This document shows, piece by piece, positions 29,759 to 39,394 of a DNA stretch of 59,941 bases (positions are counted from its first letter, which is position 1; each line of letters starts with the position of its first letter). Location: the NCBI GenBank assembly GCA_023460155.1, contig JAEWRF010000228.1, positions 1-59,941 of the forward strand. The letters run 5' to 3'. Position numbers and translations under genes: made by a program. The DNA comes from Bacillota bacterium (GTDB lineage: Bacteria > Bacillota > Clostridia > Oscillospirales > Acutalibacteraceae). The notes under the pieces are model-generated. The model was not told where the DNA came from, made no database searches, and saw only the letters and a list, made by a program, of their open reading frames with translations.

Positions 29759-31057
29759 ATGGACGTGTTCGACAAGCTGAAAATTCTGACCGACGCGGCG
29801 AAATACGACGTTGCCTGCACCTCCAGCGGGGTGGATAAAAAAGCCGCGCCGGGCGGCATCGGGAGCGCTTCGGCCTGCGGAATCTGTCACAGCTTTGCGG
29901 GGGACGGGCGGTGCATCTCGCTTTTAAAGGTGCTGTATTCCAACGCCTGCGTATACGACTGCGAGTACTGCGTGAACCGCCGGTCGAACGATTCGCCACG
30001 GGCGACGTTCGAGCCGCGCGAGCTGGCGGAGCTGACCATCCAGTTTTACCGCCGCAACTACATCGAGGGGCTTTTCCTCAGTTCCGGCGTCGTGAAAAAT
30101 CCCGACTACACCTGCGAGCGGATGATCGAGGTGCTGCGCATTCTGCGGGAGGAATACCGCTTTTACGGCTACATCCACGCGAAGGCGATCCCCGGAGCGG
30201 ACAGCGCCCTCCTTTCCCGGCTCGGCACGCTGGCGGACCGCATGAGTGTGAACATCGAGCTGCCCTCGCAGAGCAGCCTTTCGCTGCTCGCTCCGGATAA
30301 GTCGAGGCACTCCATCCTCGCGCCGATGGGTTTCATTCAGAACCGGATTCAGGAAAACTCAACGGAGCTGGTGCGCTACCATCACGCGCCGAAGTTCGCG
30401 CCCGCCGGGCAGAGCACGCAGATGATCGTCGGCGCGACGCCGGAGACGGATTTACAGATTCTGAATCTGACGGAGGGCCTTTATAAAAAGTACAGCCTGA
30501 AGCGCGTATTTTTCTCCGCCTATATGCCGGTGACGGAAAGCGCCCTTCTGCCCTCCCTCGGCACGAAGCCGCCGCTGCTTCGGGAGCACCGGCTTTATCA
30601 GGCGGACTGGCTCTTACGCTTTTACGGGTTTCAGGCGAACGAGCTGCTGGACAAGGACCACCCGAGCTTTCACCCGCTGCTGGATCCGAAATGCAGCTGG
30701 GCGTTAAACCACCTGGAATTTTTCCCGGTTGAGGTGAAAACCGCGCCGTACCGCGATCTTCTGCGGGTGCCGGGCATCGGCGTAACCGGCGCGAAGCGCA
30801 TCGTCACGGCGCGCCGGGCCGGATCGATCGACTTTGCGGGGCTGAAAAAGCTTGGGGTCGTGCTCAAGCGGGCGCAGTATTTCATCACCTGCGGCGGCAG
30901 GCTGGCGGACGGGCTGAAGGTGACGCAGGACGCCGCCCTTCGTGCGCTTCTTCCCGAAAGCGGCCTACCGGAGGCCCCGCCGGAGCAGCTTTCGCTTTTC
31001 GCGCCGCAGAACCCGACGAGGGAGGATGTTCGGAAATGCCTGACCGGCCAAATCTGA
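29759..31057 (+). CDS. Putative DNA modification/repair radical SAM protein (TIGR03916-like)
   Basis: 'AAKYDVACTSSG', CVYDCEYC, 'EHRLYQADWL', HhH 'LRVPGIG'. Confidence 0.92.
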   Translation: MDVFDKLKILTDAAKYDVACTSSGVDKKAAPGGIGSASACGICHSFAGDGRCISLLKVLYSNACVYDCEYCVNRRSNDSPRATFEPRELAELTIQFYRRNYIEGLFLSSGVVKNPDYTCERMIEVLRILREEYRFYGYIHAKAIPGADSALLSRLGTLADRMSVNIELPSQSSLSLLAPDKSRHSILAPMGFIQNRIQENSTELVRYHHAPKFAPAGQSTQMIVGATPETDLQILNLTEGLYKKYSLKRVFFSAYMPVTESALLPSLGTKPPLLREHRLYQADWLLRFYGFQANELLDKDHPSFHPLLDPKCSWALNHLEFFPVEVKTAPYRDLLRVPGIGVTGAKRIVTARRAGSIDFAGLKKLGVVLKRAQYFITCGGRLADGLKVTQDAALRALLPESGLPEAPPEQLSLFAPQNPTREDVRKCLTGQI

Positions 31058-31848
31058 CCTACCGCTACGACGGCACCTTCGAGGGTCTGCTTTGCTGTGT
31101 GTTTGAAAGCTATGACAAAAAACAGCTTCCGCTCGACATTCTCGCCCCGGACGCGCCCCCGACGCTTTTTCCCGAGTGGGAAATTGAAACGGACGCGGAA
31201 AAGGCGCGGCGGGTGCTGGTTTCCATCCCCCGGAAGATGGGTTCGGAGGCGCCGGGCTTTCTCCGGCGCGCGTTTCTGACCTGCCTCCCGCACAAGGAGC
31301 TGCGCACGCTGGAATTCCTGCGGCTCGGATACCGCGTTGGCCCGAACGTCATGAACCTGCTGACCGACGACACCGTACACGAGCTGACAACGGCGGTGCG
31401 CTTTCTGGAGCGGGAAGCTCACCTTTTTAAGGAATTCATCCGATTTTCCGATTTCAGCGGCGCGCTGGTTGCGGAAATCAAGCCGAAAAACCTTGTTCTC
31501 CCGCTCCTCCTCACGCATTTCTGCGAGCGCTTCCCGGAGGAGCAGTTCCTCATTTACGACCGGGTGCACGGCATGGCGCTGATTTACCACCCCCACCACG
31601 CGGAAATCGTACCGATTGAAAGTCTCGACCTGCCTGCGCCGGACGAAACGGAACGGAAGTACCGAGAGCTGTGGCGGATGTTTTATAAGACCATCGAAAT
31701 CGAGGGGCGGCACAATCCCCGCTGCCGCATGGGACACATGCCCAGGCGCTACTGGGACTGCATGACCGAGTTCCAGCAGCGCGACGCTGCACCCAAGGAC
31801 CCGGCCTCCGACACGGAGAAAAAATCAGGGCTGAGTTTGCCGGGATAG
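31036..31848 (+). CDS. DUF4130 / TIGR03915-like putative DNA metabolism protein
   Basis: 'YDGTFEGLL', 'FIRF', 'HFCERF', 'MPRRYW'; overlaps radical SAM gene. Confidence 0.88.
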   Translation: MPDRPNLTYRYDGTFEGLLCCVFESYDKKQLPLDILAPDAPPTLFPEWEIETDAEKARRVLVSIPRKMGSEAPGFLRRAFLTCLPHKELRTLEFLRLGYRVGPNVMNLLTDDTVHELTTAVRFLEREAHLFKEFIRFSDFSGALVAEIKPKNLVLPLLLTHFCERFPEEQFLIYDRVHGMALIYHPHHAEIVPIESLDLPAPDETERKYRELWRMFYKTIEIEGRHNPRCRMGHMPRRYWDCMTEFQQRDAAPKDPASDTEKKSGLSLPG

Positions 31849-31895
31849 TACTGGGACGCTCCCAGAGGATAAATTTCTTATGACTAATAAAATAT

Positions 31896-31981
31896 GGCAT
31901 TCCCAAAACCGTCCCGCCAAACAAAGACTGAATTTTTACTCCCAGCAAAACGGCGGGCCTTTGGATGCAGCGGCACGCTGC
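31896..31981 (+). repeat. Dispersed structured repeat copy
   Basis: GGCATT..AAAACCGTCCCGCC-33nt-GGCGGG-9nt-GCAGCG.GCA.CGCTGC. Confidence 0.8.
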
Positions 31982-32039
31982 CCGATTGCAAAGAATGGCA
32001 GACTATGGTATTCTTGACTCATAAAAGGAGGAATGAAAA

Positions 32040-32816
32040 ATGGCAAATTATTTTGATCTGGCCGGAAAAGTGGCCGTGATCACCGGAGCTTCCAGCGGAC
32101 TGGGAGCGGACGCCGCGCGCGCTTACGCGGAGCAGGGCGCCGATGTGGCTCTGCTGGCCCGCCGCAAGGAAAAGCTGGACGCCGTGGTGAAGGAAATTCA
32201 GGCCGCGGGGCATAAGGCGATCGCCGTACAGTGTGACGTTTCCAAAGAAGAAGACGTAAAGGCGGCTGTCGCAGAGGTTCTGGGGCACTACGGTAAAATC
32301 GACATTCTGCTCAACAACGCCGGCATTGCGGCGGGCGGCTCCGTCGAGACGCTGACGACCGAGCAGTGGGACGCTTCCATGGACATCAATGTCAAGGGAA
32401 TCTTCCTGATGTGCAAATACGTGATCCCCGGAATGAAAGAACAGAAATACGGCCGCATTGTCAACGTGGCCTCCGTCAACGCCATTCTCGCGGATAAACC
32501 GGCCGCTCTGGTTCGCCACGTCTACAACACCTCAAAGGCCGCTGTTCTGGGGCTGACCAAGGGCATGGCAGCTTCCTACGCGCAGTACGGAATCACCGTG
32601 AACGCGGTGGGACCGGGCCTGTTCGAATCGGAAATGACGGCGGATACGCTCTTTAAGCACCAGGAATTCATGAACATGTACAATGCGCTGTGCCCGGCTT
32701 CCCGCCCCGGCGCGCGCGGAGAGCTGAACGGCCCCGTGCTTTTCTTCTCCTCCGAGGGATGCGGCTACACCACCGGCCAGTTCCTTGTGGTTGACGGCGG
32801 CTTCAGCATTACCTGA
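32040..32816 (+). CDS. SDR family oxidoreductase
   Basis: TGASSGLG, NNAG, YNTSK. Confidence 0.92.
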   Translation: MANYFDLAGKVAVITGASSGLGADAARAYAEQGADVALLARRKEKLDAVVKEIQAAGHKAIAVQCDVSKEEDVKAAVAEVLGHYGKIDILLNNAGIAAGGSVETLTTEQWDASMDINVKGIFLMCKYVIPGMKEQKYGRIVNVASVNAILADKPAALVRHVYNTSKAAVLGLTKGMAASYAQYGITVNAVGPGLFESEMTADTLFKHQEFMNMYNALCPASRPGARGELNGPVLFFSSEGCGYTTGQFLVVDGGFSIT

Positions 32817-32838
32817 TTTCTCTTTCACTTAAGCAGAC

Positions 32839-32873
32839 AAAAACACCCTGCCGGGTTCCGGCAGGGTGTTTTT
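32839..32873. terminator. Bidirectional terminator
   Basis: AAAAACACCCTGCCGG/CCGGCAGGGTGTTTTT. Confidence 0.85.
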
Positions 32874-32893
32874 CGCATGCGGTTTATTTTTTC

Positions 32894-33895
32894 TTACGGA
32901 TTGTTCTTAATAAAATTCCAGCTGTCGCGGCACATGTCCTCAAGGGAATACTTCGCTTCCCAGCCGAGTTCGTTCTTTGCGCGGGAGGCGTCGGCGTAGC
33001 AGGTGGCGATGTCGCCGGCGCGGCGCGGCGTGATTTCGTAAGGGATCGTTTTGCCGCTGGCTTTTTCAAAGGCGTGAAGTACGTCGAGGACACTGCTGCC
33101 CTTGCCGGTGCCGAGGTTGATGGCGCGGGCGCCCTCAATCGAATCGATCTTTTCGAGCGCCTTCACGTGCCCGGTCGCGAGGTCGCACACATGGATATAG
33201 TCGCGCACGCCGGTTCCGTCCGGGGTCGGGTAGTCGTCGCCGAACACGCGCAGTTTCGGCAGCTTTCCGACGGCAACCTTCATGATGTAGGGCATCAGGT
33301 TGTTCGGGATGCCGTTCGGGTTTTCGCCGATCAGCCCGCTCGGATGCGCCCCGATCGGGTTAAAGTAGCGCAGCAGAGCAACCTTCAGGCTCTTGTCGGC
33401 AAAGCAGACGTCCCGCAGGATGTCTTCGATCATCAGCTTCGTCATGCCGTAGGGGTTTGTGGCGGAAAGCGGCATCTCCTCGGTGAACGGGGCGGTGTTG
33501 TTCATGCCGTACACGGTGGCGGAGGAGCTGAATACCAGGCGGGTGACGCCGTATTTTTTCATCAGGCGAAGCAGGTTCAGCGTGCCGGTCAGGTTGTTGT
33601 GGTAATACTCGAGCGGCTTTTCCACCGATTCGCCCACGGCCTTGAGGCCCGCGAAATGGATCACCGCGTCGATCTTATTCTCTTTGAATACCTTTTCGAA
33701 CGCGTCGTAATCCAGCATGTCGCATTCGTAGGCCGGGCACTTTTTGCCCGAAATCTTCTCAATTTTGCCGATTACCTCGGGAGAAGCATTGCTGTAATTA
33801 TCCATGACCACGACGCCGAAACCGCTCTGAAGCAGTTCCACGCAGGTGTGTGAGCCGATATAACCGGCGCCTCCGGTGATCAGTACGTTCATCAT
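32894..33895 (-). CDS. galE: UDP-glucose 4-epimerase
   Basis: 'TGGAGYIGSHT', 'AGLKAVGES', 'LRYFNPIGAH'. Confidence 0.97.
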   Translation of the reverse strand: MMNVLITGGAGYIGSHTCVELLQSGFGVVVMDNYSNASPEVIGKIEKISGKKCPAYECDMLDYDAFEKVFKENKIDAVIHFAGLKAVGESVEKPLEYYHNNLTGTLNLLRLMKKYGVTRLVFSSSATVYGMNNTAPFTEEMPLSATNPYGMTKLMIEDILRDVCFADKSLKVALLRYFNPIGAHPSGLIGENPNGIPNNLMPYIMKVAVGKLPKLRVFGDDYPTPDGTGVRDYIHVCDLATGHVKALEKIDSIEGARAINLGTGKGSSVLDVLHAFEKASGKTIPYEITPRRAGDIATCYADASRAKNELGWEAKYSLEDMCRDSWNFIKNNP

Positions 33896-34869
33896 TTTTT
33901 CTCCTTTTCGTTCCGGAACCGTTCATAGGCCGCGCGAAGCTCCGCGGCGGTCTCCTCGGGGCAGGTGGGGTTGCAGGCCGCCCAGGCGCCCGTTTCGCTG
34001 GAAGCGTTGAACTTCTGCTTTTCCGCGCTGCGCATCGGCGGGTAAAATTCAATGTGGAAGTGGAAATCCTTTGAATAATCGCCGAGGTTCACCGGCGCGT
34101 TGTGCATGCACATCATGTAGGGGAACCGGTAGCCGAACAGGCTGTCGAGCATGCCGGCGGTATCGCGCACGGTCACGCCGAGCGCAAGGCGCTCCTCCGG
34201 GGTGAAGTCGGTGATGTACTGCTTATGCGCGTTGGAAAAGATATACACGCCGTAGGGATAGGCGCTGAAAAACGGAAGCAGAACGGTGAAATGTTTGTTT
34301 TCGAAGATAATGCGCTTTCCCTCTTTTTTCTCGTTTGCAAGAAAGTCGCAGAAAAGGCACTTCTTTTCCTTTTCATAATACTCCGAAGCGGACTTCGTTT
34401 CAAGCTCCAGCTTTTTCGGCAGGAAGGAGTACCCGTAAATCTGCCCGTGCGGGTGCGGCATGGTCACGCCGACGGCATCGCCGCGGTTTTCAAAAATGAA
34501 AACATACTTGATGCCGGGGTCGCTCCGCATTGTGGTGAAGCGCTCGCACCAAAGATCGGCCAGCTTCCCCATATGTTCTTCCGAAAGCTCCGGCAGAGTC
34601 AGCGTGTGCTGCGGGGAATACAGGATTACCTCACACTTGCCGTAATTCGGCTGTACCTTGAAAAAGTCTGTTCCGACGTCGTCGGGCTCCGGCGGGTTCT
34701 GCGTCAGCGCCGGAAAATCGTTGTCGTACTTCATCACCTCATACTCGGGCACATTCCCGGAGGAGGGGCAGAATGGGCACCAGTCCTTCGGCATCTGCGG
34801 CCGGCCCTGCCGGTTCGAGGCCACCATCGTCCAGTCTTTGATAAACGGATCCCATCTCAACTCAGCCAT
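33892..34869 (-). CDS. galT: Galactose-1-phosphate uridylyltransferase
   Basis: 'CPFCP', 'FENRG', 'HPHGQ'; ATG 34869 with AGGAG RBS. Confidence 0.95.
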   Translation of the reverse strand: MAELRWDPFIKDWTMVASNRQGRPQMPKDWCPFCPSSGNVPEYEVMKYDNDFPALTQNPPEPDDVGTDFFKVQPNYGKCEVILYSPQHTLTLPELSEEHMGKLADLWCERFTTMRSDPGIKYVFIFENRGDAVGVTMPHPHGQIYGYSFLPKKLELETKSASEYYEKEKKCLFCDFLANEKKEGKRIIFENKHFTVLLPFFSAYPYGVYIFSNAHKQYITDFTPEERLALGVTVRDTAGMLDSLFGYRFPYMMCMHNAPVNLGDYSKDFHFHIEFYPPMRSAEKQKFNASSETGAWAACNPTCPEETAAELRAAYERFRNEKEKK

Positions 34870-34903
34870 TATTCTAAAATACTCCTTTTCACAGTCTGAA
34901 AGT

Positions 34904-36190
34904 TCACAGGATACGGATGCCGCCGTCCGGCCGCACCGAAAGCGGCAGGCAGGCGCCCTCGCCGAACACGGCTTCCATCCGCCGTGTGAATTCCTCCAGA
35001 TAATCGGCAGGCACATAGGTCTGCACGGTGCCGGCAAATCCGCCGCCGTGTACGCGCCATGCACCGCCGCGGCTGCCGAGCAGCCGGTCGCACAGAGCGA
35101 GCGCGAGCGCGACGCCCTGCTCCCGGATGCGGGAGGGTGAATAGACGTTCTGCAGATACATAAAGGAGGAATAGCCGCTCTCCAGCACCAATTTGCGGAA
35201 ATCGTCAAATTTGTTGGCACGCAGGGCTTCTGCTTCCTTCACCACGCGCGCGTTTTCCTCAAAGAAATGGATGGCGCGCAGTGCGGCGCGGTCACCCACG
35301 GCGGAACGCAGGTTGCCGAGGTCCGTGTAGAAATCCTTCTCGTTCACCTCGGAGAGGACGTCCTTGCCGAAATACCCGGCGACCTCCCGCATCTCCTGCG
35401 GGATCGCGGCGTAATCCGGCGTCAGGTCGGAGTGGCTGCCTCGCGTATTGATCATGCAGAGCCGGAATCCGGATTTGGCGAAATCAAACGGAATCTGCTG
35501 TGCCACCGGTTTTTCGGAATCGCGGAAATCCAGCATTGTAAAGCCGCCGACGGCGCTTGCCGCCTGATCCATCAGGCCGCAGGGCTTGCCGAAATACGCG
35601 TTTTCCGCTTTGCGCCCGATCACGGCTACCTGCAGGGGCTCCACTTTTCCGCCGCAGTACAGGTGATTGACGATGGTGCCGAGCAGCACTTCAAAGGCCG
35701 CCGAAGAGGAAAGCCCCGAGCCCGGGAATACTTCGGAGGTGGTGTAGGCCGAAAAGCCGCCGATTTTGTAACCGAGAGCCGCGAAGCCCGCGCAGACCCC
35801 CCGCAGCAGCGCCGCGGAATGCCCGCGCTCCGCCACAACCGGGTCGAATGTGTCGAGCTTCACAACGTCCTCCGGGAAGCCAGCCGACTTCACCCTTACC
35901 GTCCCGTCGTCCGTCGGCGAGACCACGGCGATCACATCCAGATTCACCGCGGCGGCCAGTACGCGCCCGCCCTGATGGTCGGTGTGGTTTCCCCCGACCT
36001 CCGTGCGGCCCGGCGCGCTGAAAACGGCGATCTCCCTCCCGGTTCCGTACAGGTCCTCGAATTCCCCGACCGCGCGGACAAGCCGGGTTCCCCGCTGTGC
36101 GGCCTCTTTCTCCCCGCAGCAGTAAAGTCTTTTGATTTCCTTTTCAAAGGCTCCTTCCGTGATCTTTTTCACGGCTTCCGTAGTTTTCAA
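34904..36190 (-). CDS. galK: Galactokinase
   Basis: 'APGRTEVGGNHTDH', 'GSGLSSSAA', 'CGLMDQ', 'GGGFAG'. Confidence 0.92.
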   Translation of the reverse strand: MKTTEAVKKITEGAFEKEIKRLYCCGEKEAAQRGTRLVRAVGEFEDLYGTGREIAVFSAPGRTEVGGNHTDHQGGRVLAAAVNLDVIAVVSPTDDGTVRVKSAGFPEDVVKLDTFDPVVAERGHSAALLRGVCAGFAALGYKIGGFSAYTTSEVFPGSGLSSSAAFEVLLGTIVNHLYCGGKVEPLQVAVIGRKAENAYFGKPCGLMDQAASAVGGFTMLDFRDSEKPVAQQIPFDFAKSGFRLCMINTRGSHSDLTPDYAAIPQEMREVAGYFGKDVLSEVNEKDFYTDLGNLRSAVGDRAALRAIHFFEENARVVKEAEALRANKFDDFRKLVLESGYSSFMYLQNVYSPSRIREQGVALALALCDRLLGSRGGAWRVHGGGFAGTVQTYVPADYLEEFTRRMEAVFGEGACLPLSVRPDGGIRIL

Positions 36191-36321
36191 AACCAATCCC
36201 CTCCGTCTTTTCACAGGTTTCCCTTACTGCTTCCATTTTATGACCTTCGGCGGCCGCGCGCAAGTTCGTTTATTATCAGTTATATGGATATTTGTTGCAA
36301 TTCTCGCCGTCCCCGCTCCAT

Positions 36322-36351
36322 GTATATTTTTCGCCGCCCGAGGACACGCTA
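36322..36351 (+). promoter_or_regulatory. Forespore sigma-F/G-like promoter of ger operon
   Basis: GTATA-15-GGACACGCTA, same geometry as the spoVAE promoter. Confidence 0.55.
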
Positions 36352-36458
36352 TTTTCAATCTGCAGGCGGCCGGGCAGCTCCGGAGCGGAAAACCGGCGGC
36401 GGAGTTTCAGCCATTTTGCGGGAGAACAGCGCTGCGGGCTCCCAAAGGAGGAATCGCA

Positions 36459-37973
36459 TTGAAAAACAGCGAGACGTTCAAGGGGGCCAAACTTCCCTCC
36501 GACACTCTGGAAGCGAACATCCGGTATTTCCGCGACATTTTTACGGACGACGACACCCTGGTGACGCGGAACCTGAACAGCCCCAACCGGCCGGAGCAGC
36601 GGTTCTGCCTGATTTACGCGGACGGAATGGTGAACAACCTGATCGTGGATCAGGATATCATCCGGCCGCTTCTGAGGTTCCGCTTCCCCGAGGAAGATTC
36701 CCAGGTGCCGCTGATCGAGCGGCTCGCGCTGGAGGGCACCTTTTCCAACAGCGTGGAAAAGACCTCGGGCATGGAGCAGTTGGTGCAGGCCGTTGTGTAC
36801 GGCGACACGGTTCTGCTGGTGGACGGCTGCGCCGAGGCGCTGATTCTGAACACCAAGGGCTGGAGCACGCGCTCGATTTCCGAACCGGAGAGCGAGCGCG
36901 TGCTTCGCGGCCCCCGCGAGGGCTTCACCGAGTCGATTCTGATGAATCTCTCCATGGTGCGGCGCAAAATCCGGACGCCGGACCTGAAAATGCGCTTCCG
37001 CGTCTTCGGCCGACGGACCCAGACCAAGGCCTGCCTCTGCTACCTTGACAGCCTCGTGAACAAGAGCGTGCTGCAGGAGCTGGAAAAGCGGCTTGACCTG
37101 ATCGACATCGACGGCACGATTGATACCAACTACATCGGCGAAATTGTCAAGGACGCGCCGTATTCCGCGGTAAAAACCGTGGGCAGCACGGAGCGGCCGG
37201 ACATCGTCGCGGCAAAGCTTCTGGAGGGGCGCGTGGCCCTGTTTCTGGACGGGACCCCGGTGGTGCTGACGGTGCCATACCTGTTCATCGAGCACATGCA
37301 GAGCGACGAGGATTACTACATCAACTATGTCTTTGCCTCCATTGGAAGATTCCTGCGGATTCTGGCGGTGATTGTGTCATTGATTCTGCCAGCCACCTAT
37401 GTCTCGCTGGTCACCTTCCACCAGGAAATGCTGCCCACTCCGCTGCTCATCAGCATTGCCTCCTCCCGGCAGGGGGTTCCGTTCCCGACCGCGCTGGAAA
37501 CGATTCTGATGCTGATCGCGTTTGAAATGCTGCGCGAATCCGGGACGCGCATGCCCGGGCTGATGGGGCAGACGCTCAGCATCGTCGGTGCTCTCGTCAT
37601 CGGGCAGGCGGCCGTGGACGCCAAGGTGGTCAGCGCGCCGATTATCATCATTGTGGCCTTTGCGGGAATCTGCGGCCTGATGGTTCCCCGCCTGAAGGGG
37701 TACCTGATCGTACACCGGTTTCTGCTGCTGCTTTTTTCCTGCGTTCTCGGCCTGTACGGCCTGATGCTCGGCCTGACCTGCATGCTCGCCCGGCTTTACA
37801 ACATCGAGTCCTTCGGCGTGCCCATTATGAACGACACCTATACTCACAGCCTGCAGGATCTGAAGGACCTGTATGTGCGCGCGCCGTGGGGCACGATGAA
37901 AAAGCGGCCGAGGTTCCTTTCGCCCAATGTTTACCGCCAGGCCGAGAGCCAAACGGGGGATAAGTCGAAATGA
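36459..37973 (+). CDS. Germinant receptor A subunit (GerA/GerKA family)
   Basis: 'RGPREGFTE', 'TERPD', 'PFP', 'SIVGALVIGQAAV'; TTG start after AAGGAGG. Confidence 0.95.
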   Translation: MKNSETFKGAKLPSDTLEANIRYFRDIFTDDDTLVTRNLNSPNRPEQRFCLIYADGMVNNLIVDQDIIRPLLRFRFPEEDSQVPLIERLALEGTFSNSVEKTSGMEQLVQAVVYGDTVLLVDGCAEALILNTKGWSTRSISEPESERVLRGPREGFTESILMNLSMVRRKIRTPDLKMRFRVFGRRTQTKACLCYLDSLVNKSVLQELEKRLDLIDIDGTIDTNYIGEIVKDAPYSAVKTVGSTERPDIVAAKLLEGRVALFLDGTPVVLTVPYLFIEHMQSDEDYYINYVFASIGRFLRILAVIVSLILPATYVSLVTFHQEMLPTPLLISIASSRQGVPFPTALETILMLIAFEMLRESGTRMPGLMGQTLSIVGALVIGQAAVDAKVVSAPIIIIVAFAGICGLMVPRLKGYLIVHRFLLLLFSCVLGLYGLMLGLTCMLARLYNIESFGVPIMNDTYTHSLQDLKDLYVRAPWGTMKKRPRFLSPNVYRQAESQTGDKSK

Positions 37974-39166
37974 GGCTGTTAGAAAAACCGCGCCGCTTTT
38001 CCTTCCTGCGGCGGCTGCTTGCGAAATTTCTCGCCGTACTCCTTGCGCTTCTGCCCGCGGTTCTGTTTTCCGGCTGCTGGGATTACCGCGAGGTGGAAAG
38101 CCTCAATATCGTCGGCGGAATCGGCGTGGACAAGGGCCAGAACGGCTACCGGTACCATCTGACCTTCGAATGCATGAAGATGACCGGCGACCTGAAATCC
38201 GGAGGGGTGCAGCCCCTCATCATCGAAACGGACGGGAATACGATTTTCGACGCGGTGCGGACTGCCCTCAACGAATCCGACAAAAAGCTGTACTTCAGCC
38301 ACATGAAGGTTCTCATCCTTTCCAGCGACATCGCAAAGGAGGGGATTCTTCCGGTGCTTGACTGGTTCAACCGGGACGCCGAGCCGAGAATCTCGCTCCA
38401 GATTTTAATCTCGAAGGAAAAAACAGCCGGGGAGATTTTAAAGCTGAAGCCGGAATCCAACCAGCTCACCTCCTTTCAGATGTCACAGGCGCTGCTGGAG
38501 GCGACCTCCTATTCCGCCGCCATCAATCAGGTTCGGCTGTTCGAAGTCTACAACGTACTGAATTCGCAGGACGCCACCAGCCTGACTCTGCCCGGAATCG
38601 AAACCAAGAAGGAGGGTGACGTTTCCGTCCCGCAGCTTGCGGGCAACGCCGTTTTCAGCGGCGACCGGCTGATCGGCTGGCTGGATAAGCAAAGCAGCAA
38701 ATTTTTGATGTTCGTCCTCGGCAAGGTTCACGGAGGCCTGCTTCTGACCGGCGTTCACCCGAACGACAGCAGCGTTACCCTGGAGATTCTGACCTGCAAA
38801 ACCACCGTAAAACCCGTTATTTCCGGGAAAACGATCACAATGAAAATCGACGTCAAAATGAACGCGTCTTACGCGGAGCAGAACTCCCGGAAAAATTTTC
38901 TGGATATTTACCCGCTGAAAACGTTCGAAACCTCCGCTTCCCAAACGCTGAAGAACGGGATTGAAAACGTGATTGAGCTGGCACAGCAGCAGTATTCCAC
39001 CGATATTTTCGGGTTTGGGTCAAAGGTTTACCAGGATGACCCGAAGGTGTGGAACAGTCTGCGCACCGATTGGAACAAGACGTTCCCGTCGGTGAAATAC
39101 GAAGTGACCGCCGAGGTGGCAATCCGGAACACCGCCACTCTGGCCGGAAAGAAGGAGGCGCAGTAA
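37970..39166 (+). CDS. Germinant receptor C subunit lipoprotein
   Basis: 'SGCWDYRE' lipobox, 'DIFGFG'. Confidence 0.93.
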   Translation: MRLLEKPRRFSFLRRLLAKFLAVLLALLPAVLFSGCWDYREVESLNIVGGIGVDKGQNGYRYHLTFECMKMTGDLKSGGVQPLIIETDGNTIFDAVRTALNESDKKLYFSHMKVLILSSDIAKEGILPVLDWFNRDAEPRISLQILISKEKTAGEILKLKPESNQLTSFQMSQALLEATSYSAAINQVRLFEVYNVLNSQDATSLTLPGIETKKEGDVSVPQLAGNAVFSGDRLIGWLDKQSSKFLMFVLGKVHGGLLLTGVHPNDSSVTLEILTCKTTVKPVISGKTITMKIDVKMNASYAEQNSRKNFLDIYPLKTFETSASQTLKNGIENVIELAQQQYSTDIFGFGSKVYQDDPKVWNSLRTDWNKTFPSVKYEVTAEVAIRNTATLAGKKEAQ

Positions 39167-39168
39167 CC

Positions 39169-39381
39169 TTGCAGGATATCCTGATTCTGCTCGTTCTGTA
39201 CGGCATCCTCGTCGCGGTGGATCTCGTGCCCCTCCTGCGGGGAAAAGACAAGAGCTACCTGTATTTTGTCATTCCAGCTTATGCGGTCACACTGACGCTG
39301 AATCTGATGGCGGTGCTCGGGGTGCAGTTCCCCAGTCTTTTCTCGCTGATTCAGAAAATGCTTTCCGGTGTCGTAAAGTAA
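39169..39381 (+). CDS. Small two-TM protein, possible receptor D subunit
   Basis: AAGGAGG RBS, TTG start, 70 aa hydrophobic, inside ger operon. Confidence 0.7.
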   Translation: MQDILILLVLYGILVAVDLVPLLRGKDKSYLYFVIPAYAVTLTLNLMAVLGVQFPSLFSLIQKMLSGVVK

Positions 39382-39394
39382 GGAGGGATTCGCC

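Noticed and set aside
33892..35220. N-terminal extensions of galT, gpr, ger A, flavodoxin and ABC-F ORFs in the track
   Set aside because: Better RBS-supported starts lie downstream; extensions cross promoters, terminators or other genes
35267..37048. 593-aa ORF spanning galK and the ger A gene
   Set aside because: Overlaps two well-supported genes; low-complexity translation
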